The notes beneath the pieces were generated by a model. That model was given only the letters and a program-made list of their open reading frames with translations, was not told the DNA's origin and made no database searches. The translations under genes were made by a program, and so were the position numbers. From Promethearchaeota archaeon (GTDB lineage Archaea; Asgardarchaeota; Lokiarchaeia; Sigyniarchaeales; SOKP01), in assembly GCA_016840085.1 (NCBI GenBank), contig JAEOTA010000036.1, forward strand, positions 1 to 64,000: a DNA stretch of 64,000 nt, read 5' to 3'. Below are positions 30,419-40,359 of the stretch, one piece after another (the first letter of the stretch is position 1; every line of letters begins with the position of its first letter).

Positions 30419-31030
30419 ATGACAGGAGAAAAACAAGAAGAAGAATTAGTATTTCATAAACCCTCTGAAATGATTTACAAGATTATCGTCATTGGAGACC
30501 CCGCTGTGGGAAAAACCAGTCTTCTGAAGACTTTCTGTGCTGAAAAGTTTGAGTATGAGTATATTCCAACTGTAGGCGTTACAAGTTAGACAATTCGTTT
30601 AATTTGCGTAAATATCACCAAAGAGAAAGTCACAGTAAAGAATGATATGGGAAAAGATACAGATGTGAGTCTGATGATATGGGATATAGCAGGGCAACCA
30701 CAATTTTATATGCTGCATCGTCCATATTTTAATGGCGCAGATGGAATGATGATGGTTTATGATATTACAAGATCTAGTTCCTTTTCAAATGTAAACAATT
30801 GGTGGAATACTTGCATAAAATACGGACTTTCCGCGATTCCCCGTATTCTAATCGGTAATAAAATAGATTTAAAAGATGAAAGAAAAATTATATTGCCTAT
30901 GGCTGAACATCTTAGCCAAAAACTTAACGCAACATTTTTTGAAACATCAGCATTAACAGGAGATAATGTTAGTTCAATCTTTCATAAAATAGGAGAACTT
31001 ACACTACTTTCCAAATTAGAAGAAAGATAA
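30419..31030 (+). CDS. Rab-like small GTPase interrupted by a 30-nt insert; join(30419..30581,30612..31030) gives 193 aa
   Basis: G1 GDPAVGKT and G2 PTVG lie upstream of in-frame TAG 30587-30589; G3 WDIAGQ, G4 NKID and G5 ETSAL lie downstream in the same frame; the ORF track shows only the 3' part. Confidence 0.9.
30582..30611 (+). other. Putative BHB/BHL-type (splicing-endonuclease) mRNA intron, 30 nt
   Basis: GCGU(30576-79)/GCGU(30606-09) 4-bp helix, 3-nt bulges UAC and AAA, 9-bp intron stem 30583-91/30597-605; excision removes the stop and yields GGC GUU AAU AUC. Confidence 0.65.
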
Positions 31031-31054
31031 TTGAAATTTTTTTAAAACCTTATT

Positions 31055-31669
31055 TTATCCTTTTACAGACAGTTTATTAATCCAGAAAGTGATTTTTTCT
31101 TTTAGTTTCCCTTTTATATCATCAGAAAGAGTCTTTAAATCATTTAATTTATTTGAAAATTGTCCAATTTCATAAAGAATTCTGTGACCACCGGTAAAAA
31201 CGAAGATATCTTCTTTAATATTTGCCAAGCTTGTTGTTACATGTTGAGGGTCATCATTTTCTTCGATATACTTTTTTAAGGTGTGAAATTGATCAATAAT
31301 TGCATGTTTTTTATCAGTTGCCGAAGTATCCCTTTCTACTTTTTCACTTTCAACTTCTTTAGGTTGATACGAAATGGTTGATTTTTGAATTAAAGTTCTA
31401 ATTAAATCAAGCTCAGCTTCCAAAATTTTTTGATTTTCAATAACGTTAGTCAATTGAGGCAATAATGCTTTTACATCGAGAGTAGCTTTACTTAATTCAT
31501 TAATTTTATCAGTGAGCATATTTATTTTTAAATTAGTCTGCCCCATTTTAGTTATAAGGTCAAGTCCGAATTTTTCGAGTACTGAGGCAAATTTATCAAG
31601 CTTTTCATCCGCTCCTTTAATATAATTAATGATATCTTCCTTATCCAAATTATTTGAAGGTCCCACCAA
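31055..31669 (-). CDS. Hypothetical coiled-coil protein
   Basis: Heptad-like helical N-terminal half; GAGAGG before TTG start. Confidence 0.7.
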   Translation of the reverse strand: MVGPSNNLDKEDIINYIKGADEKLDKFASVLEKFGLDLITKMGQTNLKINMLTDKINELSKATLDVKALLPQLTNVIENQKILEAELDLIRTLIQKSTISYQPKEVESEKVERDTSATDKKHAIIDQFHTLKKYIEENDDPQHVTTSLANIKEDIFVFTGGHRILYEIGQFSNKLNDLKTLSDDIKGKLKEKITFWINKLSVKG

Positions 31670-31790
31670 TATTCCTCTCTTGCTTCTCTTTTGAGATATC
31701 TGTAGATAAAAAGAAAAACTTTTACAAAATTTTATTTTTATCGAATTTTATTATTTAATAAATATAATTCTATTATAAAAAACTTCTCAA

Positions 31791-32666
31791 GTGTACTACG
31801 TGATACAGTATATTAATATATTAACGAAGGACGGAAAGTCATTGTTATTTAGGAATTATGGGATTTCTGAGGTAGATAGAGATTTATTAGCTGGATTTTT
31901 GAGTGCATTTTCAGGCTTTATGAAGGAAATTAGCCAGAGTGATATTAAGAGTACGCAAACGGAAGATTTTAAATATTTTTATACGATAATAGACACAATC
32001 ATCATTGTCGTGTGTACAGACCTTGAGGACGATGATTCTTCCGTGAACTCGAAGATATTAAGCATAAGAGCCAAATTCATGGAGAAATATGGTAAAATCT
32101 TAGAAGATGGGAGTTGGGCTGGAAATAGGACTTTATTTTATGAATTTGAAAAAGTGTTAGATAATTTTATATTAGGAGCAATAAAAATTTCCATAATAGG
32201 ATTTGGAGGTGTGGGTAAAACTACATTAACGCGTCTTATAGCGGGTAAAAATGTAGATTTAGAATATGTTCCAACAATAACAGCTGATATTGTCTCATAT
32301 GAGGGAGATGAATTCAAAAGAACAATAACCTTATGGGACTTTGCAGGACAGGCTCAATTTAGATCGTTATGGAAAAGCTTATTGACAGGTTCGGATATGG
32401 CTCTACTTGTTACTGATTCTACATTTGAAAATATAAATGGTTCAAAAGAAATTATTCACGAGTTACTTGATAAATTTTTTCAAGATAAAATAGTTATAGG
32501 TATTGCTAATAAACAGGATTTACCAAATAGACTGACTCCTGAATTTTGTGAGAAAATCTTGTCTAGTGAAAAACGTATTATTAAAACTCATGGTATGATT
32601 GCTATTGAACCAATGTATCGTGAGAAAATATTGGCAATATTAAAAGAAGCCATAAAAGAATTATAA
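31791..32666 (+). CDS. Longin-like domain fused to small GTPase
   Basis: N-terminal INILTKDGKSLLFRNY...DLLAGFLSAF longin-like pattern; GFGGVGKT, PTI, WDFAGQ, NKQD. Confidence 0.85.
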   Translation: MYYVIQYINILTKDGKSLLFRNYGISEVDRDLLAGFLSAFSGFMKEISQSDIKSTQTEDFKYFYTIIDTIIIVVCTDLEDDDSSVNSKILSIRAKFMEKYGKILEDGSWAGNRTLFYEFEKVLDNFILGAIKISIIGFGGVGKTTLTRLIAGKNVDLEYVPTITADIVSYEGDEFKRTITLWDFAGQAQFRSLWKSLLTGSDMALLVTDSTFENINGSKEIIHELLDKFFQDKIVIGIANKQDLPNRLTPEFCEKILSSEKRIIKTHGMIAIEPMYREKILAILKEAIKEL

Positions 32667-32753
32667 TATATTATTTGGAATATTATTATTTCATATAGCA
32701 ATACTAATAATTATAAAATGATCAATCCTATTCTCAATTATCTTATTAATTAA

Positions 32754-34517
32754 TTGGTGAGTTTCTTGGTTGATTTCGAGATAGAAGATATAAAATTAGA
32801 AGAATCAGAAGGAGGAATAAAAGTAATAAGATTACCTGAATTAACCGAAGAAGAGGAAAATCTTATTGACCCAATTGTGGCACCTACATCTGGTTTAAGA
32901 ATTCAAATATTTGATATTGAACTCATAGATGAAAAAGAAAGATATTTGCTAACCCGTCGAAAACTCTTTTTATTTTTACGAGTCTTCAAAGCCATTAGTC
33001 AACAATTTAAAGAAATGAAAGATAATCAAAATTTAAAAGTATTAATAGTTACAGATAATAGACCAAGTAAAAAAATTCTTTTAAATTATTGTTCCCAAAT
33101 TTTTTCTTACGACGGTTATGAAATATATTATCAAAAAGACGATCCTGGTGAATCTAAAGTTTCTGCTCCTTATGGTGCGGCTTCGGTTGCGTTATATGAT
33201 GATATAAATTTAATTATTGTGTTAACTGCTAGTCATAATGATCTATCGTGGAATGGAATAAAGTTTTATATAGATTATCCAATACCAATGTCTGGTAATC
33301 ATATTAAGAATATTTCTAAAGTAGCCCTTGAATTGAAAGAGATTCCTTTTAAAACAGAGTATTACCCTATTTTAATTGATGTAGAGAAAAAAAATAATGA
33401 TTATGTTATCGACCTTTTATCAAGAATCCTTGAAATTAAGAGTATCAGGGATAAAAATATAGTAATTTGGCCGTATTTAGGTAAAGCTAGAGGTATAGTT
33501 AATCTATTTAAGCAATATGGAGCAAATATTACTCTCATTGAAGAAGAACTTAACCCTCCTAACCCTCTAAAGAATTTACAAGAAAATAAATTACAGCAAA
33601 TAATGACTCAAGCTAATTCAAATATAGCACTTTTGTTAGATGCTGATAGGGATAGGATTGTATTATATGTGAAACAGAATGGAGAATATTTTACTTATAT
33701 ACCAAATGAAATCTACTCAGGAATGCATAATATCCTAGCTAAGGAATTTAATAAGAAAATTATAAATGTAAGAACTATACCAAGCGATTTACGGGGAGAT
33801 GATACGAGTTTTATAAACATTTTGACAGGAGTAGGGTATAAACATTTAGGAGTAATTATGTACTTCCTTCTCGGAATAGAAGTTGATCAATCAAAAATCG
33901 ATACAGCAATTCTTTATTTTGAAGATGAGAATAAGAATTTAATCAAGATTGATAATCCAACTCCTATTAGACAACAATTAATTAAATTAATGGAAAGTCA
34001 ACACATTGAAAAGGAATCTTTTTTAATGGTGTATTGGGAAGAGAGTGGAGGTCATACACTCAATATTTTGGATGTATCTAAAAATAATACAACACGGGAA
34101 TACAATTTTACAACTGACTTTACAATTATCGCAGATAAATATCCCGTTCCTGCTTTAGTGTTGATAACAGAACTTATATGCAGAGGTTATATCATTTCTG
34201 AAGCAATAGATTGGTCAATAAAAGGAATAAACCGTACAATTCCAGCTGTTGATGAAGAAAAAATCAAAATTATGAAGAACTTTGAAAAAAATGAGGGAAA
34301 ACAGATTAAAATAGGTGAGAAGGATTATAATATCCATGCTTTATCAGATAATAGTAATATGATTGACCTTTATCAATTAAAGAGTACAGATTCAACACTT
34401 TATTTCAGACCAAGTGGAACAGGCCCAGATGTAAGATTCTATATTTTCGGGAAGGTTGATACTCATTTAGAAGAAATACATAAAGTAATGGAATTTATAG
34501 ATAATAATTACAAATAA
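32754..34517 (+). CDS. Phosphohexomutase (PGM/PMM) family protein, divergent
   Basis: TASHN, DADRDR, EESGG and RPSGT motifs. Confidence 0.8.
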   Translation: MVSFLVDFEIEDIKLEESEGGIKVIRLPELTEEEENLIDPIVAPTSGLRIQIFDIELIDEKERYLLTRRKLFLFLRVFKAISQQFKEMKDNQNLKVLIVTDNRPSKKILLNYCSQIFSYDGYEIYYQKDDPGESKVSAPYGAASVALYDDINLIIVLTASHNDLSWNGIKFYIDYPIPMSGNHIKNISKVALELKEIPFKTEYYPILIDVEKKNNDYVIDLLSRILEIKSIRDKNIVIWPYLGKARGIVNLFKQYGANITLIEEELNPPNPLKNLQENKLQQIMTQANSNIALLLDADRDRIVLYVKQNGEYFTYIPNEIYSGMHNILAKEFNKKIINVRTIPSDLRGDDTSFINILTGVGYKHLGVIMYFLLGIEVDQSKIDTAILYFEDENKNLIKIDNPTPIRQQLIKLMESQHIEKESFLMVYWEESGGHTLNILDVSKNNTTREYNFTTDFTIIADKYPVPALVLITELICRGYIISEAIDWSIKGINRTIPAVDEEKIKIMKNFEKNEGKQIKIGEKDYNIHALSDNSNMIDLYQLKSTDSTLYFRPSGTGPDVRFYIFGKVDTHLEEIHKVMEFIDNNYK

Positions 34518-34857
34518 TTATTAATATTCAATAAAGAACTTTGAATATCTTTTTCTTTTTTCCAAACTTTAGCAAGTTGAAATTTCTACATTAAATTGGG
34601 AGATAAAAAGAATTTTGGTTTTTAATAAAATATTTTAGTAATTTTATATTATTCCCCTATATCAAATAATATTTATTTCTTATTTAGATAAAAATCAATT
34701 ATTATTTTCAATACACTTGAATGATATGGATAAGATTAAACATGAAAAAATCAAATAAAACATAAAAAGATGAAAATATCTATGGAAAGAACAATAACAA
34801 CCTTTAAATTGCCAAAAACAGATAATTCAAGTAATTAAAAAAGGAGAGAAGGAAAAA

Positions 34858-37800
34858 ATGGGTGTAATAACTAAAATCGCTTTACGTAATATGAAAAGGC
34901 GTAAGATTCGTTATATTCTTACAACAATTACACTTGTTATTAGTGTAGCATTGTTTGGAGGAGTTATGATTGTCTCTGATTCATTTAATGTAATGATGTT
35001 AGACACTATTGATAAACAATTGGGTACCGCAGATATTTTAATCAGATCTGCTAATAGCACTGATGGATGGTTTAAGCCTAATGAAATTCATGGTGAAATC
35101 GAGGATGTTAAACACGTTGAATCGGTTGCTTACAGGATTTCAGGTTTTAATGTTCATATTAGTGCAACTGATAGCGGGAATCAAGTCGATAATAGTACAA
35201 GGACAGGTATATATGGAATTAATCATCAAGATTTAAATGAAAAAGAATTGGGTGCGGAACCATATATATTGGATTCAGTAAGTGATGGAGATACAATTGA
35301 AAAACTCCTTGATTATATCGACGAGAATACAGGAGATAGAGTATTAGTTATTTCTGAATCGTTAAAAATTCAATTAGGGAAAGATTTTAAAGCGAATGAC
35401 AGTGTTTGGATTTTACCAAAAGAAGGAGAACTACTAGGATATGATCTTCTCAATACAGGGACATGGATTGAATATACTGTTGTCGCTATAATACGGGATA
35501 TTGGTGAAGCACGTGATTTCGATCCAGAAGATCCATCAGAATCTACTATGTTTTCACAAGGACCTGGTATATATACAAATATTAATAATACACATGAACT
35601 TGTAGATGGTACAGAAAATCACACTGGTGAATATAATCTGGGCGTTGTAGGTGTTGATGATATATATAGTGTTTCTTCTGTCGCCAAGAAGATTGAAAGT
35701 AATTTAATTGATCTCAATGATGAAAAAGATTGGAAAGTTAACGACTTAAAATCAGATAGTTTAGAGATGATAGAAACTACAATGAGTACGATGCGAACTA
35801 TGTTTATGATTTTTGGATTAATCGCATTAATCCTTTCAATTATTTTGATGATGAATATTTTTAACATTATCAAAAAAGAACAAGAGTATGAAACAGGTAT
35901 GTTCCAAGCAATAGGTGCATCTAAATCAGAAACTTTTAAGATGTTCTTAACCCAAGGCACAGTAATGGGAATTATCGGAGCGTCAATAGGAACAATTTTT
36001 TCTTACTTTATATCATACGTAATTTTTTCAGTTACTTTGCAAACTATACAAACTATCGCAGCTCAAATGGGAGGATTTTCAATTTCAGAATTTGATATTG
36101 TGTTATATCCAACAACTTTAATAATAACATTTGTAGTAGGATTAGTTTCTTGTGTTGTTGCTTCACTTTACCCCAGTTGGAAAGCTAGTCGTAAACCCAT
36201 TATTGAATGTTTAAATCCAATTGAAGAAAAGTCTAAAAGGGAGAAAAAACACTATTGGCGGAGGTTGATATTCTTTATTTTAGGAGGATTGCTTATTTTC
36301 TATGGTGCATGGCTTATGATTTCTCCTCCTGAAGCTACGACTGAAATACAGACAACTCCAGGACCACCACAAGGAATGGTTCTTTCAATGTTTGCTCCAA
36401 TATTAATCTTATTTGGAATTATTTGGATAATGGCACTTAGTATCAAACCACTTAATAAAGCCTTTGTAGCATTGTTTTCTCCTTATCTACGGAAAACTAG
36501 ATTATTAACTGAAAAAAACATACTACGACATCGAAAGAGGACAACCCTAACTTTCATTATGATCGCTCTAACAACCAGCTTTCTTATTGGGATGAGTGTT
36601 GTGATGGATTCAATGAGAGCAGGAGTCAATACTACTGTTAATGACTTTATGGGAGCGGATATTCGAGTATATACTTTTAATACTCCAAGATCTTTCGAAG
36701 ACGGACTCATCAACCAAACAGGTGTAGATGATGTAATGGGTGTAAGTCATCAAAATGCTCAGATTCGAATAGATAGTGATTGGATTGGACGTAGCTTACT
36801 TGATACTGAATGGAATGATTCAATAATGATAAATGTAATAGATACAGCAAAAATTAAGGAACATATGACGAAAACTATAATAATTTCACCTTCAAAAATG
36901 ACTCTACGTGAAATGATGGATGAAATCGAAATTGGCAACAATATAATAATTGACGAAGAATTTGCTGATGATTATGATGTTAAAGTTGGAGAATATTTAC
37001 TTATTAAATTCTCTCTTGGTACTACTTATGCAAATCTTACTGCAATACTTGATGGAGATATTTATAATGCACATGAAGATACAATTATAGTGAATATGAG
37101 TGTCATCGCAATTGTTAGAACTATTCAAGGATTTTCCACAGTCAATCTTATGGGATTAAGTGAAGGAAAAACCTATAACATGTTTGTCTCGTGGGGAACT
37201 TATGAAGAAATCGCGTCTAAAAATCTGCCTGGTGGAGGAACTGATATGATTTTCAGGCAATTAGCTCAAACTGGAAACGAAACAATCGATAGATTTCTGC
37301 CAAATTGGTTTAACTTTTCTACTGTGGAGACTATATTAAATAGTATTGGTGGAATTGACTATTATACTACAAGGATGGACATTTTTACACCTATTTATAA
37401 TGGTTCAGATATAGACTCTATGGCTTCGGTTGTTGGTATTCATACAAATTCAAATGGAAAATTAAAATCTGATTCGTATTTTGGCAATAATAGTCTCATA
37501 AACCAAACAACTGAATATAGTGGATCTACAATGGAAGAACTCTTGAATACAACGACAGAAAATATATGCGTAGTTGATGAAACATTCATAAAAAATCATC
37601 CTTCAATTAAAATCGGTGATAATATAAGTATACTTCCACAAGATTCATTCCCATTACCCCCAGATGCATGGCCAAAATTTGAAGTTATTGGAATAATAGA
37701 AGCTCCCACATTATATAATACAGAAAGATATAATTGGGTTGCTGGTTTTGAAACTGGTTTTGATGTCGGTGGAAATTCGGTGTATATTAATTATGAAAAA

Positions 37801-38553
37801 GCGAGAAATCTTATATATGCAAATAAAAGGGGAACAAATTATTCTAATGACAAGATAACATCAATTCTAGTTCATTGTGTTGATCCAGTAAATATTACCA
37901 CTAGTAAGAATGTGCTAATGCAAAATCTAGATTTTATGATGGGTGGAAACTGGACAATAGTCGATCTTAAAAGTTTCACACTTCAAATTAGAACTAATGT
38001 ATATGATTGGTTTGCATGGGTGGACAAAGGGGTAAAAGATGAAATTGTCTTAGAAGAATTAATCAACTACATAGAAGATAGAGGGTATCTTATAATATTT
38101 GCTTTTACAAAATCCTTTATGAGTTCCATATTCAGAACTATGCTTAATTTAATTGTCTTCATAACAAATGGCTTACTAATCTTTTCCATAATAATAGCAA
38201 TGATTGGGTTGACACTTCATAGTCTTCTCACAACCATGGCAAGAAGGAGGGAAATAGGAATGCTCAGATCAATAGGATTAAGTAAAAAGGGTGTAATACG
38301 ATCAATTTCAGGAGAAACTTTAATTTTAGCACTTTTAGGTCTATTTACAGGTATTTTTGCAGGTATAATTCAAGGCACATTGATGGTGGATACTATACCC
38401 TCGGGTGGATTCCTTACAGTCACTTGGACAATTCCTTGGTTAACTATTGGCATTTTGGTAGCAACTGTCTTACTTACTGTAATTCTGAGCTCACGATATC
38501 CAGCAAAATGGGCAGCAAATTTAAATATTATAGATGCGGTGAGAACCAGATAA
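34858..38553 (+). CDS. FtsX/MacB-like ABC transporter permease, duplicated architecture
   Basis: ETGMFQAIGAS and RRREIGMLRSIG motifs; large sequon-rich extracellular loops. Confidence 0.88.
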   Translation: MGVITKIALRNMKRRKIRYILTTITLVISVALFGGVMIVSDSFNVMMLDTIDKQLGTADILIRSANSTDGWFKPNEIHGEIEDVKHVESVAYRISGFNVHISATDSGNQVDNSTRTGIYGINHQDLNEKELGAEPYILDSVSDGDTIEKLLDYIDENTGDRVLVISESLKIQLGKDFKANDSVWILPKEGELLGYDLLNTGTWIEYTVVAIIRDIGEARDFDPEDPSESTMFSQGPGIYTNINNTHELVDGTENHTGEYNLGVVGVDDIYSVSSVAKKIESNLIDLNDEKDWKVNDLKSDSLEMIETTMSTMRTMFMIFGLIALILSIILMMNIFNIIKKEQEYETGMFQAIGASKSETFKMFLTQGTVMGIIGASIGTIFSYFISYVIFSVTLQTIQTIAAQMGGFSISEFDIVLYPTTLIITFVVGLVSCVVASLYPSWKASRKPIIECLNPIEEKSKREKKHYWRRLIFFILGGLLIFYGAWLMISPPEATTEIQTTPGPPQGMVLSMFAPILILFGIIWIMALSIKPLNKAFVALFSPYLRKTRLLTEKNILRHRKRTTLTFIMIALTTSFLIGMSVVMDSMRAGVNTTVNDFMGADIRVYTFNTPRSFEDGLINQTGVDDVMGVSHQNAQIRIDSDWIGRSLLDTEWNDSIMINVIDTAKIKEHMTKTIIISPSKMTLREMMDEIEIGNNIIIDEEFADDYDVKVGEYLLIKFSLGTTYANLTAILDGDIYNAHEDTIIVNMSVIAIVRTIQGFSTVNLMGLSEGKTYNMFVSWGTYEEIASKNLPGGGTDMIFRQLAQTGNETIDRFLPNWFNFSTVETILNSIGGIDYYTTRMDIFTPIYNGSDIDSMASVVGIHTNSNGKLKSDSYFGNNSLINQTTEYSGSTMEELLNTTTENICVVDETFIKNHPSIKIGDNISILPQDSFPLPPDAWPKFEVIGIIEAPTLYNTERYNWVAGFETGFDVGGNSVYINYEKARNLIYANKRGTNYSNDKITSILVHCVDPVNITTSKNVLMQNLDFMMGGNWTIVDLKSFTLQIRTNVYDWFAWVDKGVKDEIVLEELINYIEDRGYLIIFAFTKSFMSSIFRTMLNLIVFITNGLLIFSIIIAMIGLTLHSLLTTMARRREIGMLRSIGLSKKGVIRSISGETLILALLGLFTGIFAGIIQGTLMVDTIPSGGFLTVTWTIPWLTIGILVATVLLTVILSSRYPAKWAANLNIIDAVRTR

Positions 38554-38575
38554 TTCTAATAGAAAATAGAAAAAG

Positions 38576-39388
38576 GTGGTAAAAATATCAACTAAAAAGA
38601 AGAAAGTAAGAATGAATAAAGAACAAAGGTCAACAGCAAGAGCAGTTAGGATAGATCCTGATATAGTTCTTGATGTGCATGATCTTATTAAAACTTACAC
38701 AGTAGGCAATTCCACAATTACAGCACTTAATAAAGTTAGCCTAACAGTTAGAAAAGGTGAATTTATCGCAATTCAAGGTCCATCTGGTTCAGGTAAAACA
38801 ACTTTAATAAATTGTCTAGGCGCTCTTGATTTCCCAGATTCAGGCAAGATCATATATAATGTTGACAATAAGGGAATGGGACTTGATGTCACACAAATGA
38901 CAAATAAACAACATAAAAAAATGAGATTGAGAAAAATTGGATTGATTTTTCAATTTTACAATCTTTTTCCAATTCTTACAGCCTACGAGAACGTAGAGCT
39001 TCCAATGGTGTTAGATAAAAAGGATCCTAAAGTAAGAGAAGAAAAAGTTAGAAACCTTTTAAAAAGAATTGGGCTTGATGAACGAATGGAACATCTACCC
39101 ACGCAGATGTCGGGTGGAGAACAACAGAGAGTCACAATAGCAAGAGCTTTAGTTAATGAACCTCTTATTATTCTTGCTGATGAACCTACAGGGGAACTTG
39201 ATACAGAGACTACTACAAATATTATGAAAATTTTCCTTGACTTAAAAAATGCTGGAGAGTCAATTTTAATGGTCACCCATAATAGAAGAATAGCTGAAGT
39301 AGCTGATAGGATTATAACTCTCACTGATGGAGAATTTGTTGGTGAAAAAATTGGTGGAAAACCAATTGAAGAAATCTATAATTTTTAA
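38576..39388 (+). CDS. ABC transporter ATP-binding protein (LolD/MacB type)
   Basis: GPSGSGKT, MSGGEQQRV, ADEPTGELD, VTH. Confidence 0.93.
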   Translation: MVKISTKKKKVRMNKEQRSTARAVRIDPDIVLDVHDLIKTYTVGNSTITALNKVSLTVRKGEFIAIQGPSGSGKTTLINCLGALDFPDSGKIIYNVDNKGMGLDVTQMTNKQHKKMRLRKIGLIFQFYNLFPILTAYENVELPMVLDKKDPKVREEKVRNLLKRIGLDERMEHLPTQMSGGEQQRVTIARALVNEPLIILADEPTGELDTETTTNIMKIFLDLKNAGESILMVTHNRRIAEVADRIITLTDGEFVGEKIGGKPIEEIYNF

Positions 39389-39404
39389 CTTTGAGGTATA
39401 CAAT

Positions 39405-40169
39405 ATGAGAAAAGCTAAAAAGAGTGAAGAGCAAGGGTTAATATCTCAGGAAGTAAAAGACTCTGAATTAGATCCTAATGCTATGATCCAAACATTTGAT
39501 TTAACTAAAATTTACAATATTACTGAAGGGATTGAAATTAGAGCCTTAAATGGAGTTAGCATAGATATTAAGAAGGGGGAATTTGTTTCAGTTATGGGAC
39601 CCTCAGGTTCTGGAAAAACTACACTTTTGAACATGATTGGGGCTCTTGATAATCCTACAAGTGGTGCTGTGTACATAAACAGAACAAATATAGCTCATAT
39701 GGATGATACACAACGTACAAATTTAAGACTTAAACAAATAGGATTTATTTTTCAGTTTTATAATCTAGTGCCAGTGCTATCAGCGTATGAAAATGTGGAG
39801 CTTCCCATGGTTTTTGCCGGTAGACCTAAAGAGGAAATAGAACGAAATGTTACTAAATTTCTTAACCTTGTAGGCATAATAGAGAAGAAGGATCACTTAC
39901 CTTCAGAACTTTCAAGTGGAGAGCAACAAAGAGTTGCTATCGCACGTGCATTATGCAATGAACCCTCTATTTTAATTGCTGATGAGCCAACAGGCGAACT
40001 CGATACAAAGATGGGTATGGAGATAGTTAAACTATTACGAGAACTTAATTTAGAACTTAATCAAACGATTTTAATGGTAACACACGATCCTATGGTGGGT
40101 ACCCTCGCTGAAAGAATACTAAAAATGCGAGATGGTAAAATAATCGCTACTGAAACCACAAAAAATTAA
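39405..40169 (+). CDS. ABC transporter ATP-binding protein (LolD/MacB type)
   Basis: GPSGSGKT, LSSGEQQRV, ADEPTGELD; start moved to ATG 39405 after GAGGT. Confidence 0.92.
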   Translation: MRKAKKSEEQGLISQEVKDSELDPNAMIQTFDLTKIYNITEGIEIRALNGVSIDIKKGEFVSVMGPSGSGKTTLLNMIGALDNPTSGAVYINRTNIAHMDDTQRTNLRLKQIGFIFQFYNLVPVLSAYENVELPMVFAGRPKEEIERNVTKFLNLVGIIEKKDHLPSELSSGEQQRVAIARALCNEPSILIADEPTGELDTKMGMEIVKLLRELNLELNQTILMVTHDPMVGTLAERILKMRDGKIIATETTKN

Positions 40170-40359
40170 CCATATTTTATTGTTTTTTTATTGACTTCTA
40201 ACTTTTAAAATTTGTAAAGAAGAACTATGATTAACTTAAGCATTGAATTCTTTTTTTAGCTTCTTTTTAATCTTAAAAATTTAATTACAATAAAAAATTA
40301 AGATTAATTAATATAAATTCTTTCAAATTATAAAAAATACTTTTAGAATTGACGAAAAA

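Noticed and set aside
30575-30613. Alternative BHB register (bulges UUA/AAU, 32-nt intron)
   Set aside because: The central helix has a G-A mismatch and excision would shift the frame; only the 30-nt register restores the protein.
30647-31030. ORF-track 127-aa protein as the complete gene
   Set aside because: It lacks G1 and G2, which lie in frame upstream from ATG 30419.
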